Source: an uncultured Bacilli bacterium | Lineage (GTDB): Bacteria > Bacillota_I > Bacilli_A > RF39 > UBA660 | Assembly: GCA_947628535.1 (NCBI GenBank) | Contig: CANRAF010000002.1 | Span: 41,200-105,199 of the forward strand | Direction of reading: 5' to 3' | DNA: 64,000 nt | In this document: positions 24,844 through 34,860 of the stretch, in pieces | How positions within the stretch are numbered: the first letter of the stretch is position 1 | How the letters are laid out: every line of letters starts with the position of its first letter | Translations under genes and position numbers: made by a program | Notes under the pieces: generated by a model | Told to the model about the DNA's origin: nothing | The model's database searches: none | What the model saw: the letters and a program-made list of their open reading frames with translations, nothing else

Positions 24844-27002
24844 TATCTCATTATCCTTTCTACATCATTTACATATTTTATCTTCGAAAGATTAGTCATA
24901 TACTTTTCTAAATCAGTTAAACTTGTAACTAAAACAGAAACAGAATAAACATTATTATTTGTTTTATTAATTAAGTTTACATTTTCTAAAGCTATTCCAA
25001 TTGATGCAGCTGTTTGAACTATATCAACTATAATATTTTCTTTTGAAGTTGTATGAATTATTATTTCACTTTTATATTTACTATCAATATTTGGATTCCA
25101 AGTTGCCTCAATTATTCTATCATCTAAAAATTCTATATTTGTGCAACCTTTTCTATGAATTCTTATTCCATTTGTTTTTGTAATGTATCCTACTATTTCA
25201 TCTCCAGGAACAGGTTCACAGCAACTAGCAATTGTTGTTTCAATATTTTTTGTATCTCCAACAACTATATCATTATCACTACTTTTAACTATTACTTTTA
25301 ATTCTTTCTTCTCTTCTTTTTTATCACTATCATTTTTTACAATACTTTTGGCAGAAAATTTATTATTACCAATATTTAGATAAATATCTTCAAGGGAATC
25401 AAGTTTAAAATGATCAAAAACCTTTTTTAGATTTTCTTCAGACATAAAATCACTTAATGGTATTTTTTTTCTTCTAAGTTCTTTTTCTAAAAGATTTTTT
25501 CCTTCTTCAATATAATCTTCTTTGGTAGTTCTATTAAAGAAACTTTTGATTTTATTTTTAGCACTTGTTGTTTTAGCAATATTAATCCATTCTCTAGAAG
25601 GTCCTTTGGAATTGTTGTTAGTTATTATTTTTACGATATCAGAGTCTTTTAATTCATAAGTAAGAGGAACCATGTTATTATTGACAATTGCTCCGGTCAT
25701 TTTATCTCCTACTTGAGAGTGGATTTTATAAGCAAAATCAATTGGAGTTGCTCCTATGGGAAGTTCAAAAACATCTCCTTTAGGGGTATAGACATAAATA
25801 TTGTTATTTAACACTTCGTTTTTTACTTTTTCTACGAAATCTTCACTTGTTAATTTGTCATCTCTAAGTTCGATTATTGATTTATAAAATTGCAATTTTT
25901 GTTCTGTTATATTTTGCATTTCAACAGCGGCATCTTTCTTTTCTTTATAGGCCCAGTGAGAGGCAATACCATTTTCTGCTATTTCATCCATATCGTAAGT
26001 TCTAATTTGAATTTCAAATAAATTTCCAAATGGTCCAAAAACAGTTGTATGAAGTGTTTGGTATAAATTAGTTTTTGGCATAGCAATAAAGTCTTTAAAT
26101 CTCTTGGAAATCGGTTTATATTTAGAATGAATAAGTCCAAGAGTTAAGTAACATTCTTGCTCCTTTTCTACTAAAATTCTAATAGCAAGTAAGTCATAAA
26201 TATCGTTAAAACTTCTACCCTTATCTAATTTTTTATAAATACTATAAATACTTTTTGCTCTTCCTTTTATTTCGTGTTTAATACCATTTTCTTTTAATAA
26301 GGCACTTACCTCATCCATCATTTTTTTAACATATTCTTCACGTTCTTTTTTGGTATTGTTAAGTTTTTCTACAACATCACGGTAAGCTTCTGGTTTTAAA
26401 TATTTTAAAGAAAGGTCTTCAAGTTCACTTTTTATTTTACTCATTCCAAGTCTGTGAGCAATTGGTGCGAGTATTTCTAAAGTTTCTTTAGCCTTTCTTT
26501 TTTGTTTATCATGATCCAGTGCATAAAGTGTTCTCATATTATGAAGTCTATCTGCTAATTTTATAATAATTACTCTTACATCTTCACTCATACCAACAAT
26601 TATTTTTTTATAATAACTTGTTAAATATTCATTATCAGTTGAAACATTAATATTATTTATTTTAGTAACACCATCTACTAAATTAGCAACAACATCTCCA
26701 AAAGTATTTTTTATTTCATTTTTACTAGTTTCAGTATCTTCAATTACATCGTGAAGAAGAGCTGCTATTATAGTTTCCTTATCTGCTCTTATAGATGTTA
26801 AAATCTGAGCAACAAATAAAGGGTGAACTATATATTCTTCTCCCGTTTTTCGGTATTGCCCTTTATGTTTTTCTTTAGCATATAAATAAGCTTTTTCTAT
26901 TTCTTTTATGTCATTTTCATCTAAATAAAGTTCAAGCTCTTTTTTTAAGTCATCATAACAAATTGTTCTATTATTCAAGTTATCACCTCGTTTACTTATC
27001 AA
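24843..27002 (-). CDS. relA: bifunctional (p)ppGpp synthetase/hydrolase RelA/SpoT
   Basis: 719 aa with an HD hydrolase motif HDVIEDT, a synthetase domain, and TGS and ACT C-terminal domains. Confidence 0.9.
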   Translation of the reverse strand: MISKRGDNLNNRTICYDDLKKELELYLDENDIKEIEKAYLYAKEKHKGQYRKTGEEYIVHPLFVAQILTSIRADKETIIAALLHDVIEDTETSKNEIKNTFGDVVANLVDGVTKINNINVSTDNEYLTSYYKKIIVGMSEDVRVIIIKLADRLHNMRTLYALDHDKQKRKAKETLEILAPIAHRLGMSKIKSELEDLSLKYLKPEAYRDVVEKLNNTKKEREEYVKKMMDEVSALLKENGIKHEIKGRAKSIYSIYKKLDKGRSFNDIYDLLAIRILVEKEQECYLTLGLIHSKYKPISKRFKDFIAMPKTNLYQTLHTTVFGPFGNLFEIQIRTYDMDEIAENGIASHWAYKEKKDAAVEMQNITEQKLQFYKSIIELRDDKLTSEDFVEKVKNEVLNNNIYVYTPKGDVFELPIGATPIDFAYKIHSQVGDKMTGAIVNNNMVPLTYELKDSDIVKIITNNNSKGPSREWINIAKTTSAKNKIKSFFNRTTKEDYIEEGKNLLEKELRRKKIPLSDFMSEENLKKVFDHFKLDSLEDIYLNIGNNKFSAKSIVKNDSDKKEEKKELKVIVKSSDNDIVVGDTKNIETTIASCCEPVPGDEIVGYITKTNGIRIHRKGCTNIEFLDDRIIEATWNPNIDSKYKSEIIIHTTSKENIIVDIVQTAASIGIALENVNLINKTNNNVYSVSVLVTSLTDLEKYMTNLSKIKYVNDVERIMR

Positions 27003-27210
27003 TAGTTAAATCATCATCTTCAAGTTTTAAAATGTCATTTACAATTTCATTAAGAGTTAAATTTTTGCTTTTCTTCCATTTTTTTAATGTTAAATAAAAC
27101 CAGATATCATCTACAGTATAATCTTTATTTTTTCTCATGTAGTATTCTTCTTTAATTTTTAAAGCCGGCATTACTCTTGTTTTTAACTCTTCTAAAGTGT
27201 TAAAATGCAT
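26992..27210 (-). CDS. small protein, possibly a ComN/YrzD-like post-transcriptional regulator (tentative)
   Basis: 72 aa; the W-x-YL-x3-KW-x-K ... DIL pattern resembles the Post_transc_reg family. Overlaps the relA start by 11 nt. Confidence 0.35.
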   Translation of the reverse strand: MHFNTLEELKTRVMPALKIKEEYYMRKNKDYTVDDIWFYLTLKKWKKSKNLTLNEIVNDILKLEDDDLTIDK

Positions 27211-27222
27211 TCTATCACTTCC

Positions 27223-28074
27223 TTAATTTAATTTTAAAACTTGTTTTAAAAGACCATTATTCTCTTTATAAAGAGCAATATTTTTACCATTTTTAGTAAA
27301 AAGTATTAGCCCATGTTCATTTAATTTTATTTGATTACCATTTAAAATTTCTGTTTCCATACTCTTTGGAATTTCAAGTTCTTTTAAATTTAAAACATCT
27401 TTTATATCTAAAAGTTTATAACTGCCCTCTTCTATTTCTTTTAATGTATTTGCATCATTTAAAGTAAATTTATCTTGGGAAATTCTAATTAGATTACTCA
27501 TACAAAGAGGGATATTTATATCTTTTGAAATATCATTTATTAAACTTCTTATATAAGTTCCCTTACTTACTAAAGCATTAAATTTAAAGTAATGTAATCC
27601 CTCTTTTTCAAAAAAATGGATATTACTTATTTTCAAGATTTTAACTTCTTTTTTAGGAAGAGTTACTTTTTCTCCCTTTCTTGCATATTCATAAAGTTTT
27701 CTTCCATTTACTTTAACAGCACTATAAATTGGTACTTCCTGCATATATTTTTTTTCATAATATTTTACCGCGCTTGTTATTTTTTCTAATGGAATGCGTT
27801 CTATATTTATTTTATTTAAAATATTTCCAGTGATATCATAAGTATCTGTTTCTGTACCTATTAAAACTTCTACTTCATATTCTTTATTATCATTTTCTAA
27901 AAAATTACCTATTTTTGTAAGTTTACCTATTCCTATTATTAAAAGTCCTTCTGCTAAAGGGTCTAATGTTCCAAAATGTCCTACTTTTTTTTCATTAAAT
28001 TTTTTAGAAATTATATTTACTACATCTCTTGAGGTATATCCTTTTTCTTTATTTACTAATATTACTTTATCCAT
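27223..28074 (-). CDS. truB: tRNA pseudouridine(55) synthase TruB
   Basis: GHFGTLDPLAEGLL catalytic motif. The likely start is MDKVILVNKEKGYTS. Confidence 0.85.
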   Translation of the reverse strand: MDKVILVNKEKGYTSRDVVNIISKKFNEKKVGHFGTLDPLAEGLLIIGIGKLTKIGNFLENDNKEYEVEVLIGTETDTYDITGNILNKINIERIPLEKITSAVKYYEKKYMQEVPIYSAVKVNGRKLYEYARKGEKVTLPKKEVKILKISNIHFFEKEGLHYFKFNALVSKGTYIRSLINDISKDINIPLCMSNLIRISQDKFTLNDANTLKEIEEGSYKLLDIKDVLNLKELEIPKSMETEILNGNQIKLNEHGLILFTKNGKNIALYKENNGLLKQVLKLN

Positions 28075-28145
28075 GATATCACTTCCAAAATACATAAAAA
28101 TTATATCAAATAAAAGATTATTTTAAAAGACTTTAAACAAGTCTT

Positions 28146-29924
28146 TTACATAGCTCTTTTAAATAATTTTTCTAGTTCATAGAAACTATAATTAATAATA
28201 GTTGGTCTCCCATGAGGACAAGTATAAGGGTTATCACATTTAAGAAGTGTTTCAAGGAGTTTTTCAGCTTCTTCTAAAGAGATAAAATCATTTGCTTTTA
28301 TAGACATTTTACATGCTAAAGTTATAGCTATTTTTTCATTAAATTTCTCTTTAGAAAAATCTTTTTCACTTATTATTACTTCCATTATTTTTCTAAGGGA
28401 TTCAGTAATATATTTTTCATTTATCCATTTAGGATGACTTCTAATTATAATAGTATTTGCTCCAAACTCTTCAAAATCAATACCTAATCTTTCAATTACT
28501 TCAGCCTTTTCTTTAAGTTCAATAAATTCTGCTTTAGTAAATTCAAGTTTTATAGGAATTAGAGAATCGATTTTTGTAAATGAATCTTTCCCAAGTTCTT
28601 TTTTATATTTTTCATAATTTATTCTTTCCTGAGCAGCATGTTGATCAATTATATACATTCCGTTTTCATTTTCTCCAACAATATATGTTCGGTGAACTAT
28701 TCCAACAGGTGTAATCTTTGGAAGACTTTCTTTTTTTTCCTTTTTGTCTTCGTTTTCTTCTTTTTTGCTATTTAATTTACTATAACTTTCTTCGTTTTCA
28801 TTTACAGAAAAGTCAAAAGTTACTTCTTCATATTTTGGCTTTATTATTTCTTTTTCTTTAAAATCAATGTTTTTATCAATTGTACTTATTTCAGATATAT
28901 TAGTAATTACTTTATCTTGCTCTTTTATTTCAGGTACTAAAACTAGTTTATCTAAAGCATCTTTTATAGTATTTATTACTAAATTTGATAACTCATCAAA
29001 TTTAGAAAATTTAATATCCATTTTAGTAGGATGCACATTGACATCAATAATAGATGAATCGACATCAATATTTAAGATAACAATTGGATAACGTGATATG
29101 GGAAGAAAAGTATGATAAGCCTCTAAAATGGATTTGGTAATAGAGGCATTTCTTACATATCTTCCATTTACTAAAAGAGTTATAAAACCACGTGATGAAC
29201 GACTTACTTCAGGGTAAGATATATAACCGCTTATTTCATAGTCACTATTTTCTCCATTTATTTTTATCATTTTTTTAGCAACATCAATTCCATAGATATG
29301 ATTTATAACTTTTAGTAAATTACCTGAACCATCGGTATTTATTAATACTTTATCATTGTTTGTTAAAATAAATTTTATTTCTGGATGGGCAAGAGCCATT
29401 TTAGTTAGGTAGAAAGTAATATTTGCAAGTTCAGTATGTAAATTTTTTAAATATTTTAATCTCGCAGGAGTATTATAAAAAATATCTTCTACTTTTATTT
29501 TTGTTCCTCGGCGAAGAGAAGATGAAGATATTTGCTCATTTTCACCACCAATTACTTTTATAGTTGTTCCTTCATGTTCATCAGATGTTTCAAGGGTCAT
29601 TTTAGAAACAGAAGCAATTGATGGAATAGCTTCTCCTCTAAAACCTAAAGTGGTAATGTGAAATAGATCCTCATCTGTATATAGTTTACTTGTAGCATGT
29701 CTTTTTAAAGAGCATATAGCATCATCTCTTGTCATTCCAATTCCATCATCTGTTACTGTTATCTCTTTTGTACCAGATTCTATTAAATCTACTTTTATCT
29801 TACTAGAATTTGCATCAATACTATTTTCTACAAGTTCTTTAACAACATTCATTAAAGTTTCAACTACTTCTCCTGCTGCTATTTTATTTGATAAATTAGT
29901 GTCCATTACTTTTATTTTATTCAT
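28146..29924 (-). CDS. mutL: DNA mismatch repair protein MutL
   Basis: GHKL ATPase N-terminus (AAGEVVE, ELVENSIDA, DDGIGM) and a C-terminal dimerisation/endonuclease domain; 592 aa. Confidence 0.9.
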   Translation of the reverse strand: MNKIKVMDTNLSNKIAAGEVVETLMNVVKELVENSIDANSSKIKVDLIESGTKEITVTDDGIGMTRDDAICSLKRHATSKLYTDEDLFHITTLGFRGEAIPSIASVSKMTLETSDEHEGTTIKVIGGENEQISSSSLRRGTKIKVEDIFYNTPARLKYLKNLHTELANITFYLTKMALAHPEIKFILTNNDKVLINTDGSGNLLKVINHIYGIDVAKKMIKINGENSDYEISGYISYPEVSRSSRGFITLLVNGRYVRNASITKSILEAYHTFLPISRYPIVILNIDVDSSIIDVNVHPTKMDIKFSKFDELSNLVINTIKDALDKLVLVPEIKEQDKVITNISEISTIDKNIDFKEKEIIKPKYEEVTFDFSVNENEESYSKLNSKKEENEDKKEKKESLPKITPVGIVHRTYIVGENENGMYIIDQHAAQERINYEKYKKELGKDSFTKIDSLIPIKLEFTKAEFIELKEKAEVIERLGIDFEEFGANTIIIRSHPKWINEKYITESLRKIMEVIISEKDFSKEKFNEKIAITLACKMSIKANDFISLEEAEKLLETLLKCDNPYTCPHGRPTIINYSFYELEKLFKRAM

Positions 29925-29935
29925 ATAAACTACCT

Positions 29936-30532
29936 CTATTCAAAGTAAGTACAAAGTTCATTTTTACTTAAATTTTTATTATAATCATCTATTAATGTTT
30001 CATTACCTCTTTTTAGTACTATACAAAGTATTTCTTCTTTAGATGGCACTTCTTTTCCATCTTTAGTTTGGCATGATTTGATGATATCTTTTGTTTCTTC
30101 ACCATTTTTAGTTACTTGTTCAATTGTTGAAGTAACTAGACAAGTACTATCTTTAGCATGATTTCTATTATCATCAGCTTGATATTTAGATGATTTTAAT
30201 AAATCCCCTTTAGATCTTAATTCAAATTTAGTTTGTCTAAAGCCATCTCTAGTAATTTTATCACCACTATAGGTAAGATCTGAAAAATATTCAAATACAT
30301 CATCTGTAATTTCAGAATAATCTATTGTTTTAAGGGGTGCTTTTCCTTTTAAAATTAAATCTTGGCGATATTTATCATAAGCAGCCTGAATATTTGAATG
30401 TAAATTAATTAATTCCTTTTGTTTTACTTCCTCACGATATTTTGTAACACTTATAGTTGCAATGGATGCTAAAACTGCGAGAATGATTACAATTGCAATA
30501 AGTTCCATAATTGTAAAAGCTCTATTATTCAT
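29936..30532 (-). CDS. type IV pilin-like protein (prepilin-type N-terminal cleavage/methylation motif)
   Basis: N-terminus MNNRA|FTIMELIAIVIILAVLASIA: a class III signal followed by a hydrophobic helix with the conserved Glu5. Four Cys in the C-terminal third; 198 aa. Confidence 0.55.
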   Translation of the reverse strand: MNNRAFTIMELIAIVIILAVLASIATISVTKYREEVKQKELINLHSNIQAAYDKYRQDLILKGKAPLKTIDYSEITDDVFEYFSDLTYSGDKITRDGFRQTKFELRSKGDLLKSSKYQADDNRNHAKDSTCLVTSTIEQVTKNGEETKDIIKSCQTKDGKEVPSKEEILCIVLKRGNETLIDDYNKNLSKNELCTYFE

Positions 30533-30586
30533 AGACTCACCTCTATTACTAATTTAACACAAAATAAAAAAAAAAGAAACTAGAAA

Positions 30587-31129
30587 TTACCTTCGTTTTA
30601 ATCTAGTTTTTGGCTTTTCATGAAATTCTTTCTTTAAGTTTTCCATAATATTATCAATGCTTTGATAATTTAAATCATAACAGTAGGACGCACTATCATT
30701 TATAATGCCCTTTTTACTTCTTAAATTGTAGTTTTCACTATAATTTATACTTTTATCATTCTCACTATATGAAAAAAATCTATTTACAGTATCTCCTTTT
30801 AATGAAATAATTTTTTCTTCTTTAATTTGTTTACCCTCATGTTCATAACATTTGGTAAAACTAATTAAATCCTTTAAACATTTAAAATTATAACTATACA
30901 TAGTATCAAGCATGATATCTATATCTATTTGAGTGCCAATTTTATTTCCAAATTTATTGTTAAGTGTTTTGTATAAAATTTTTTTATTTTCATCTAGAAT
31001 AATACTTTGATAAAACTTCCAATCTTTAATTTCTGGCGCTAAAGCGTAAATTTGATTTAAAATACTATTTATATCTTTTTCACATACTAATTTAAATTCT
31101 GCTACAAAATTTTTTTCCATTTTATTCAC
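30587..31129 (-). CDS. hypothetical protein
   Basis: 180-aa ORF with a strong RBS context but no recognised motif. Confidence 0.3.
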   Translation of the reverse strand: MNKMEKNFVAEFKLVCEKDINSILNQIYALAPEIKDWKFYQSIILDENKKILYKTLNNKFGNKIGTQIDIDIMLDTMYSYNFKCLKDLISFTKCYEHEGKQIKEEKIISLKGDTVNRFFSYSENDKSINYSENYNLRSKKGIINDSASYCYDLNYQSIDNIMENLKKEFHEKPKTRLKRR

Positions 31130-31175
31130 CTATATATTTATATGATGAAATTTATATTTTTTTACTAAAAAATGA

Positions 31176-31212
31176 AATAAAAAATATAGACCATTATAGT
31201 CTATATTTTTCT
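31176..31212 (-). terminator. rho-independent terminator after the LRR/Fn3 surface-protein gene
   Basis: ATATAGAC-catt-ATAGTCTATAT with T-runs on both sides. Confidence 0.55.
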
Positions 31213-31235
31213 TGCCATTAATTTTTTAATAGGTT

Positions 31236-32282
31236 TTAGACTCTAGTATAAGTTGCTGCTGAATATTTACTATATACCCTCTTTCCATTTACCATTTTAT
31301 AAGCTTTAACACGATAATATGTTCCGCTTCCCTTTTTTAGGTTATATGATGTTGTTGTAGAAAGTTTAGTAGTTGATTTTATATAGTAATATTGTTTATT
31401 TTTAGTATTATATTTAAATACTGCATATCCACTTGCACCTGTTACTTTTTTCCAAGTGATTTTGGCAACTCCACTTCTATATTTTGTTGCTTTTACTTTA
31501 GTTGGAGTACTTGGAATAGGTTTTACAGCTATTACTTTAGAAAGTTTAGTATAATATTTTTTACCTGTTGTAGGACTTTTTACATAAGCTCTTATTTTGT
31601 AGTAATATGTAGTTCCTGTTTTTAACCCTTTTGATAAGTTTACGCTTATATGTGCTGTTGTATAAGTATAGTATTCATACTTTTTACTTTTTGGATTATA
31701 TTTATAGATTTGAATAGCATCATAATCTGCATCACTTTCCCATCTTATTTTTATTTTATTGTAAGAAACAGATGAAGCTTTTACATCATAAATCTCTGGA
31801 AGAATAACTCCGTCTGCTCCTATAGTTGCTTTCTTTCCAGGTTCGAAAGTGTATACTCCTACTCTATTGTAATTACTATCTAATAAATACCAAGTAACTT
31901 CATATAGGTCATAGCTTTCCCAGTATTTTTGATCTAAAGTAAAATCAGCTGTAGTTAAAGATGATGGAACGTCTACAAATACAAAAAGTGCTTTTTTAAA
32001 TGCTCCTGTTTCTATAGTTGTGACTCCCTCAGGAATATAAAGTTCACTAGAAATTACTCCATCAAAAGCATTACTTCCAATTGTTGTAATTTTTGTGCCA
32101 TTTATTGTCGCAGGTATTTTAATAATATCATATTTATTCCCACATTTATAATTAGTTATTTTTGCATTATTACTAGAATCTACTTCAAAACATGAAATTG
32201 GGGCATCAGCATAAACATTTGATAATCCAAAAATACTAAATACAAAACCTATAAAAAATACAAAAATTAGTTTTCTTTTCAT
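31236..32282 (-). CDS. secreted surface protein: BspA-type leucine-rich repeats followed by fibronectin type III-like repeats
   Basis: Signal peptide. LRR_5-like segments (IPATINGTKITTIGSNAFDG..., IPEGVTTIETGAFKK) then two Fn3-like modules (KIKIRWESDADYDAIQIYKYN; KITWKKVTGASGYAVFKYN). Confidence 0.55.
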   Translation of the reverse strand: MKRKLIFVFFIGFVFSIFGLSNVYADAPISCFEVDSSNNAKITNYKCGNKYDIIKIPATINGTKITTIGSNAFDGVISSELYIPEGVTTIETGAFKKALFVFVDVPSSLTTADFTLDQKYWESYDLYEVTWYLLDSNYNRVGVYTFEPGKKATIGADGVILPEIYDVKASSVSYNKIKIRWESDADYDAIQIYKYNPKSKKYEYYTYTTAHISVNLSKGLKTGTTYYYKIRAYVKSPTTGKKYYTKLSKVIAVKPIPSTPTKVKATKYRSGVAKITWKKVTGASGYAVFKYNTKNKQYYYIKSTTKLSTTTSYNLKKGSGTYYRVKAYKMVNGKRVYSKYSAATYTRV

Positions 32283-32323
32283 TATTTTCTCCTTTCTTAT
32301 AATTTATATATTAATTATACAAC

Positions 32324-32333
32324 CCCCCCCCCA
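32324..32333. repeat. homopolymeric C10 tract in the divergent intergenic region
   Basis: acaaCCCCCCCCCCagct. This is the only long G/C homopolymer in an otherwise very AT-rich window; it lies about 40 bp upstream of the surface-protein start and about 70 bp upstream of sigK. Confidence 0.9.
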
Positions 32334-32401
32334 GCTATTGTCAAGTTATTTAAATCATATCTTTTCAAATAAATTACAAATTTCTACATATTATTTATTA
32401 G

Positions 32402-33106
32402 GTGATTATATTGTTTGCTAGTATTGTTTCTTTTTTGAAAACATTAATGCTTTTTAAAACTTCTTATTCAAATAATGTTTTTAAAGAACCACTATCAAAG
32501 GAAGAAGAAGAAAAATATATCGAACTTCTTTTACAAAATGACAAGGACGCACGTGATAAATTAATTGAACATAATTTAAGATTAGTAGCACATATTACTA
32601 AAAAATATGAAAATACCAATATTGATAATGATGATTTAATAAGTATTGGAACAATTGGACTTATAAAAGGTATTGACTCATACTCTAAAAAACATGGAAC
32701 AAAAATAACTACTTACTGTGCTAAATGTATTGAAAATGAAGTATTGATGTTTTTTAGGAGTAATAAAAAAAATAATAATAACATCTCTTTAGATGATCCA
32801 ATTGGATATGATAAGGAAGGAAATGATATTACTATTTTAGATATTTTAAAAACTCCAAAACCTGATTATATTGAAGATATGTATGTTAAAGATAATATAA
32901 AACTACTTAATAAATATTTAAAAAATTTAACTTCAAGAGAAAAAGAAATAATTATAAGAAGATATGGTCTTAATAATAGAGATGAACAAACTCAAAAAGA
33001 AATTGCTAAAGACTTAAATATATCGAGAAGTTATGTTTCAAGAATTGAAAAAAGAGCTATTACAAAAATACTTAGAGAATTTATAAAAAAGGGAGATATG
33101 AAATAG
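32402..33106 (+). CDS. sigK: sporulation-type sigma-70-family sigma factor with N-terminal pro-sequence (sigma-K-like)
   Basis: N-terminus ...SYSNNVFKEPLSKEEEEKYIELL...LIEHNLRLVAHITKKY closely parallels the pro-sigma-K/E junction of Bacillus (YVKNNAFPQPLSSSEEKKYLEL...LIEHNLRLVAHIVKKF). Regions 2 and 4 are present. Confidence 0.65.
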   Translation: MIILFASIVSFLKTLMLFKTSYSNNVFKEPLSKEEEEKYIELLLQNDKDARDKLIEHNLRLVAHITKKYENTNIDNDDLISIGTIGLIKGIDSYSKKHGTKITTYCAKCIENEVLMFFRSNKKNNNNISLDDPIGYDKEGNDITILDILKTPKPDYIEDMYVKDNIKLLNKYLKNLTSREKEIIIRRYGLNNRDEQTQKEIAKDLNISRSYVSRIEKRAITKILREFIKKGDMK

Positions 33107-33155
33107 AATATTTTCCTTTTCTTTCTTTTATAGTATAATATACTTGGTGATTTTT

Positions 33156-34280
33156 ATGGATGTAATTGGAATAATTGCAGAATATAATCCTTTTCACAGT
33201 GGTCATAAATACCAAATTGAAAAGATTAAAAAACTTTTTCCTAATTCAATTTTAATAGTAATACTTTCAGGACCTTTTACTGAAAGAGGAACAGTTTCTA
33301 TAATGAATAAATGGAATAAAACAGCAATAGCTCTTGAAAATGGTATTGATTTAGTTGTAGAACTTCCCTTTTTATATGCAACTCAAAGTGCTGATGTTTT
33401 TTCAAGTAATGCTCTTAAAATTCTAAATAGTTTAAACGTTCAAAAAATAGTATTTGGGAGTGAATGCGGAAATATTTCAAAACTTGAGAGTATTGCCAGG
33501 GAAGAGATAAATAATAAAGAATTTGACTCTTTAGTTAAAGAATATATAAATAAAGGAAATAATTATCCTACAAGTGTATCTTTAGCACTTAAGAAGCTAG
33601 GACTCGAAAAAATAGATAGTCCTAATGATTTACTTGGAATTTCTTATATAAAAAGTATAATTAAAAATAATTACAATATAAAACCTATTGCTATTAAAAG
33701 AACAAATAATTATCATGGTGGAAATAGTGGTAACATACTTAGTGCTTCTGAAATAAGAGATAAGTTTTTTAAAGGAGAAGATATTGCTAACTATATAAAT
33801 TATGATACAAAATTACTTTATAAAAATAATGATTTTTTTAATCTTTTAAAATATCAAATTGTTACTAATAATAATCTTAAAAATATATTAACTGTTGATG
33901 AAGGTATTGAAGGAAGAATAAATAAAGTAATTGACGAGGTACATTCTTTAGATGAACTTTTAGAAAAACTAAAAAATAAAAGGTTTACTTACAATAGAAT
34001 TAATAGAATGTTTATTCATATTTTAACTAATACACTAAAGGAAGAAGCTCAAAAGAATTTAGATTATATTAGAGTTTTGGGATTTAATGATTTAGGAAGA
34101 AAATATTTAAAAGATATAAAAGATAAATCACATCTTAAGATAATTACTAAATATAAAGATAGCGATAGTGATATTTTAAAGATTGAAAGAAAAGCGAATT
34201 ATATTTATTCTATGATTGTTAAAGATAATAGTTTGATAAAAAGAGAGTTAGAAAGACCAATATATAAAAAAAAGGAATAG
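33156..34280 (+). CDS. tmcAL: tRNA(Met) cytidine acetate ligase TmcAL (YlbM-family nucleotidyltransferase)
   Basis: N-terminus MDVIGIIAEYNPFHSGHKYQ, comparable to the YlbM pattern VVEYNPFHNGH. About 375 aa. Confidence 0.65.
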   Translation: MDVIGIIAEYNPFHSGHKYQIEKIKKLFPNSILIVILSGPFTERGTVSIMNKWNKTAIALENGIDLVVELPFLYATQSADVFSSNALKILNSLNVQKIVFGSECGNISKLESIAREEINNKEFDSLVKEYINKGNNYPTSVSLALKKLGLEKIDSPNDLLGISYIKSIIKNNYNIKPIAIKRTNNYHGGNSGNILSASEIRDKFFKGEDIANYINYDTKLLYKNNDFFNLLKYQIVTNNNLKNILTVDEGIEGRINKVIDEVHSLDELLEKLKNKRFTYNRINRMFIHILTNTLKEEAQKNLDYIRVLGFNDLGRKYLKDIKDKSHLKIITKYKDSDSDILKIERKANYIYSMIVKDNSLIKRELERPIYKKKE

Positions 34281-34300
34281 ATTTTTTCTATTCTTTTTGT
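34268..34300. terminator. bidirectional terminator between tmcAL and the GNAT gene
   Basis: GAATAGA-ttttt-TCTATTC flanked by an A-run and a T-run. Confidence 0.5.
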
Positions 34301-34301
34301 A

Positions 34302-34772
34302 TTAATTAATATTTTTTGAGAAAAACTTGGCATCATTTGAAGTGAAACCATATTTTGTATAACATTTGTGTGCTGGTACTCTACAGTTTTTAGCCCAAAG
34401 TTCCATGTAATAACAGTTTTTTTCTTTTGAAATTTTTTCGCATTCTTTTAACATTTTAGTAGCAATATCATGTCTTCTGTATTCTTTTTTTACACAAACA
34501 TGATTTAAAATAGAATAAGTTTTCATATTTTCAAAAATAGTTGGTATAATTGTGATTTTAGTGTGGGCAACTATTTTATCATCTATAGTTCCTATTAAAT
34601 AAATTTGATTTTCATCATAGATTGTTTTTTTAAAATTTTCAGTAGCATAATCAAGATTAGTATTTTCTTCAAAACATTCATTACATAAATTTATTATTTC
34701 TTCTACATCGTTTATGTTAGCATTTCTAAACTTAACATTCATATTTTCATCTCCACATTGCATATTATTCAC
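34302..34772 (-). CDS. GNAT-family N-acetyltransferase
   Basis: About 150 aa; acetyl-CoA-binding motif A region VKKEYRRHDIATKML. Confidence 0.6.
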   Translation of the reverse strand: MNNMQCGDENMNVKFRNANINDVEEIINLCNECFEENTNLDYATENFKKTIYDENQIYLIGTIDDKIVAHTKITIIPTIFENMKTYSILNHVCVKKEYRRHDIATKMLKECEKISKEKNCYYMELWAKNCRVPAHKCYTKYGFTSNDAKFFSKNIN

Positions 34773-34860
34773 AATACCTTTAACTTATATATTTGTCAAG
34801 AAATATTATCTAAAATTTGTCTACTTTACCAAAAAAGAACAACTTACTTAATAAGTTATT

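Noticed and set aside
28146-29924. mutL without an adjacent mutS as evidence of a degraded mismatch-repair operon
   Set aside because: mutS and mutL are frequently unlinked; absence within one window is not informative.
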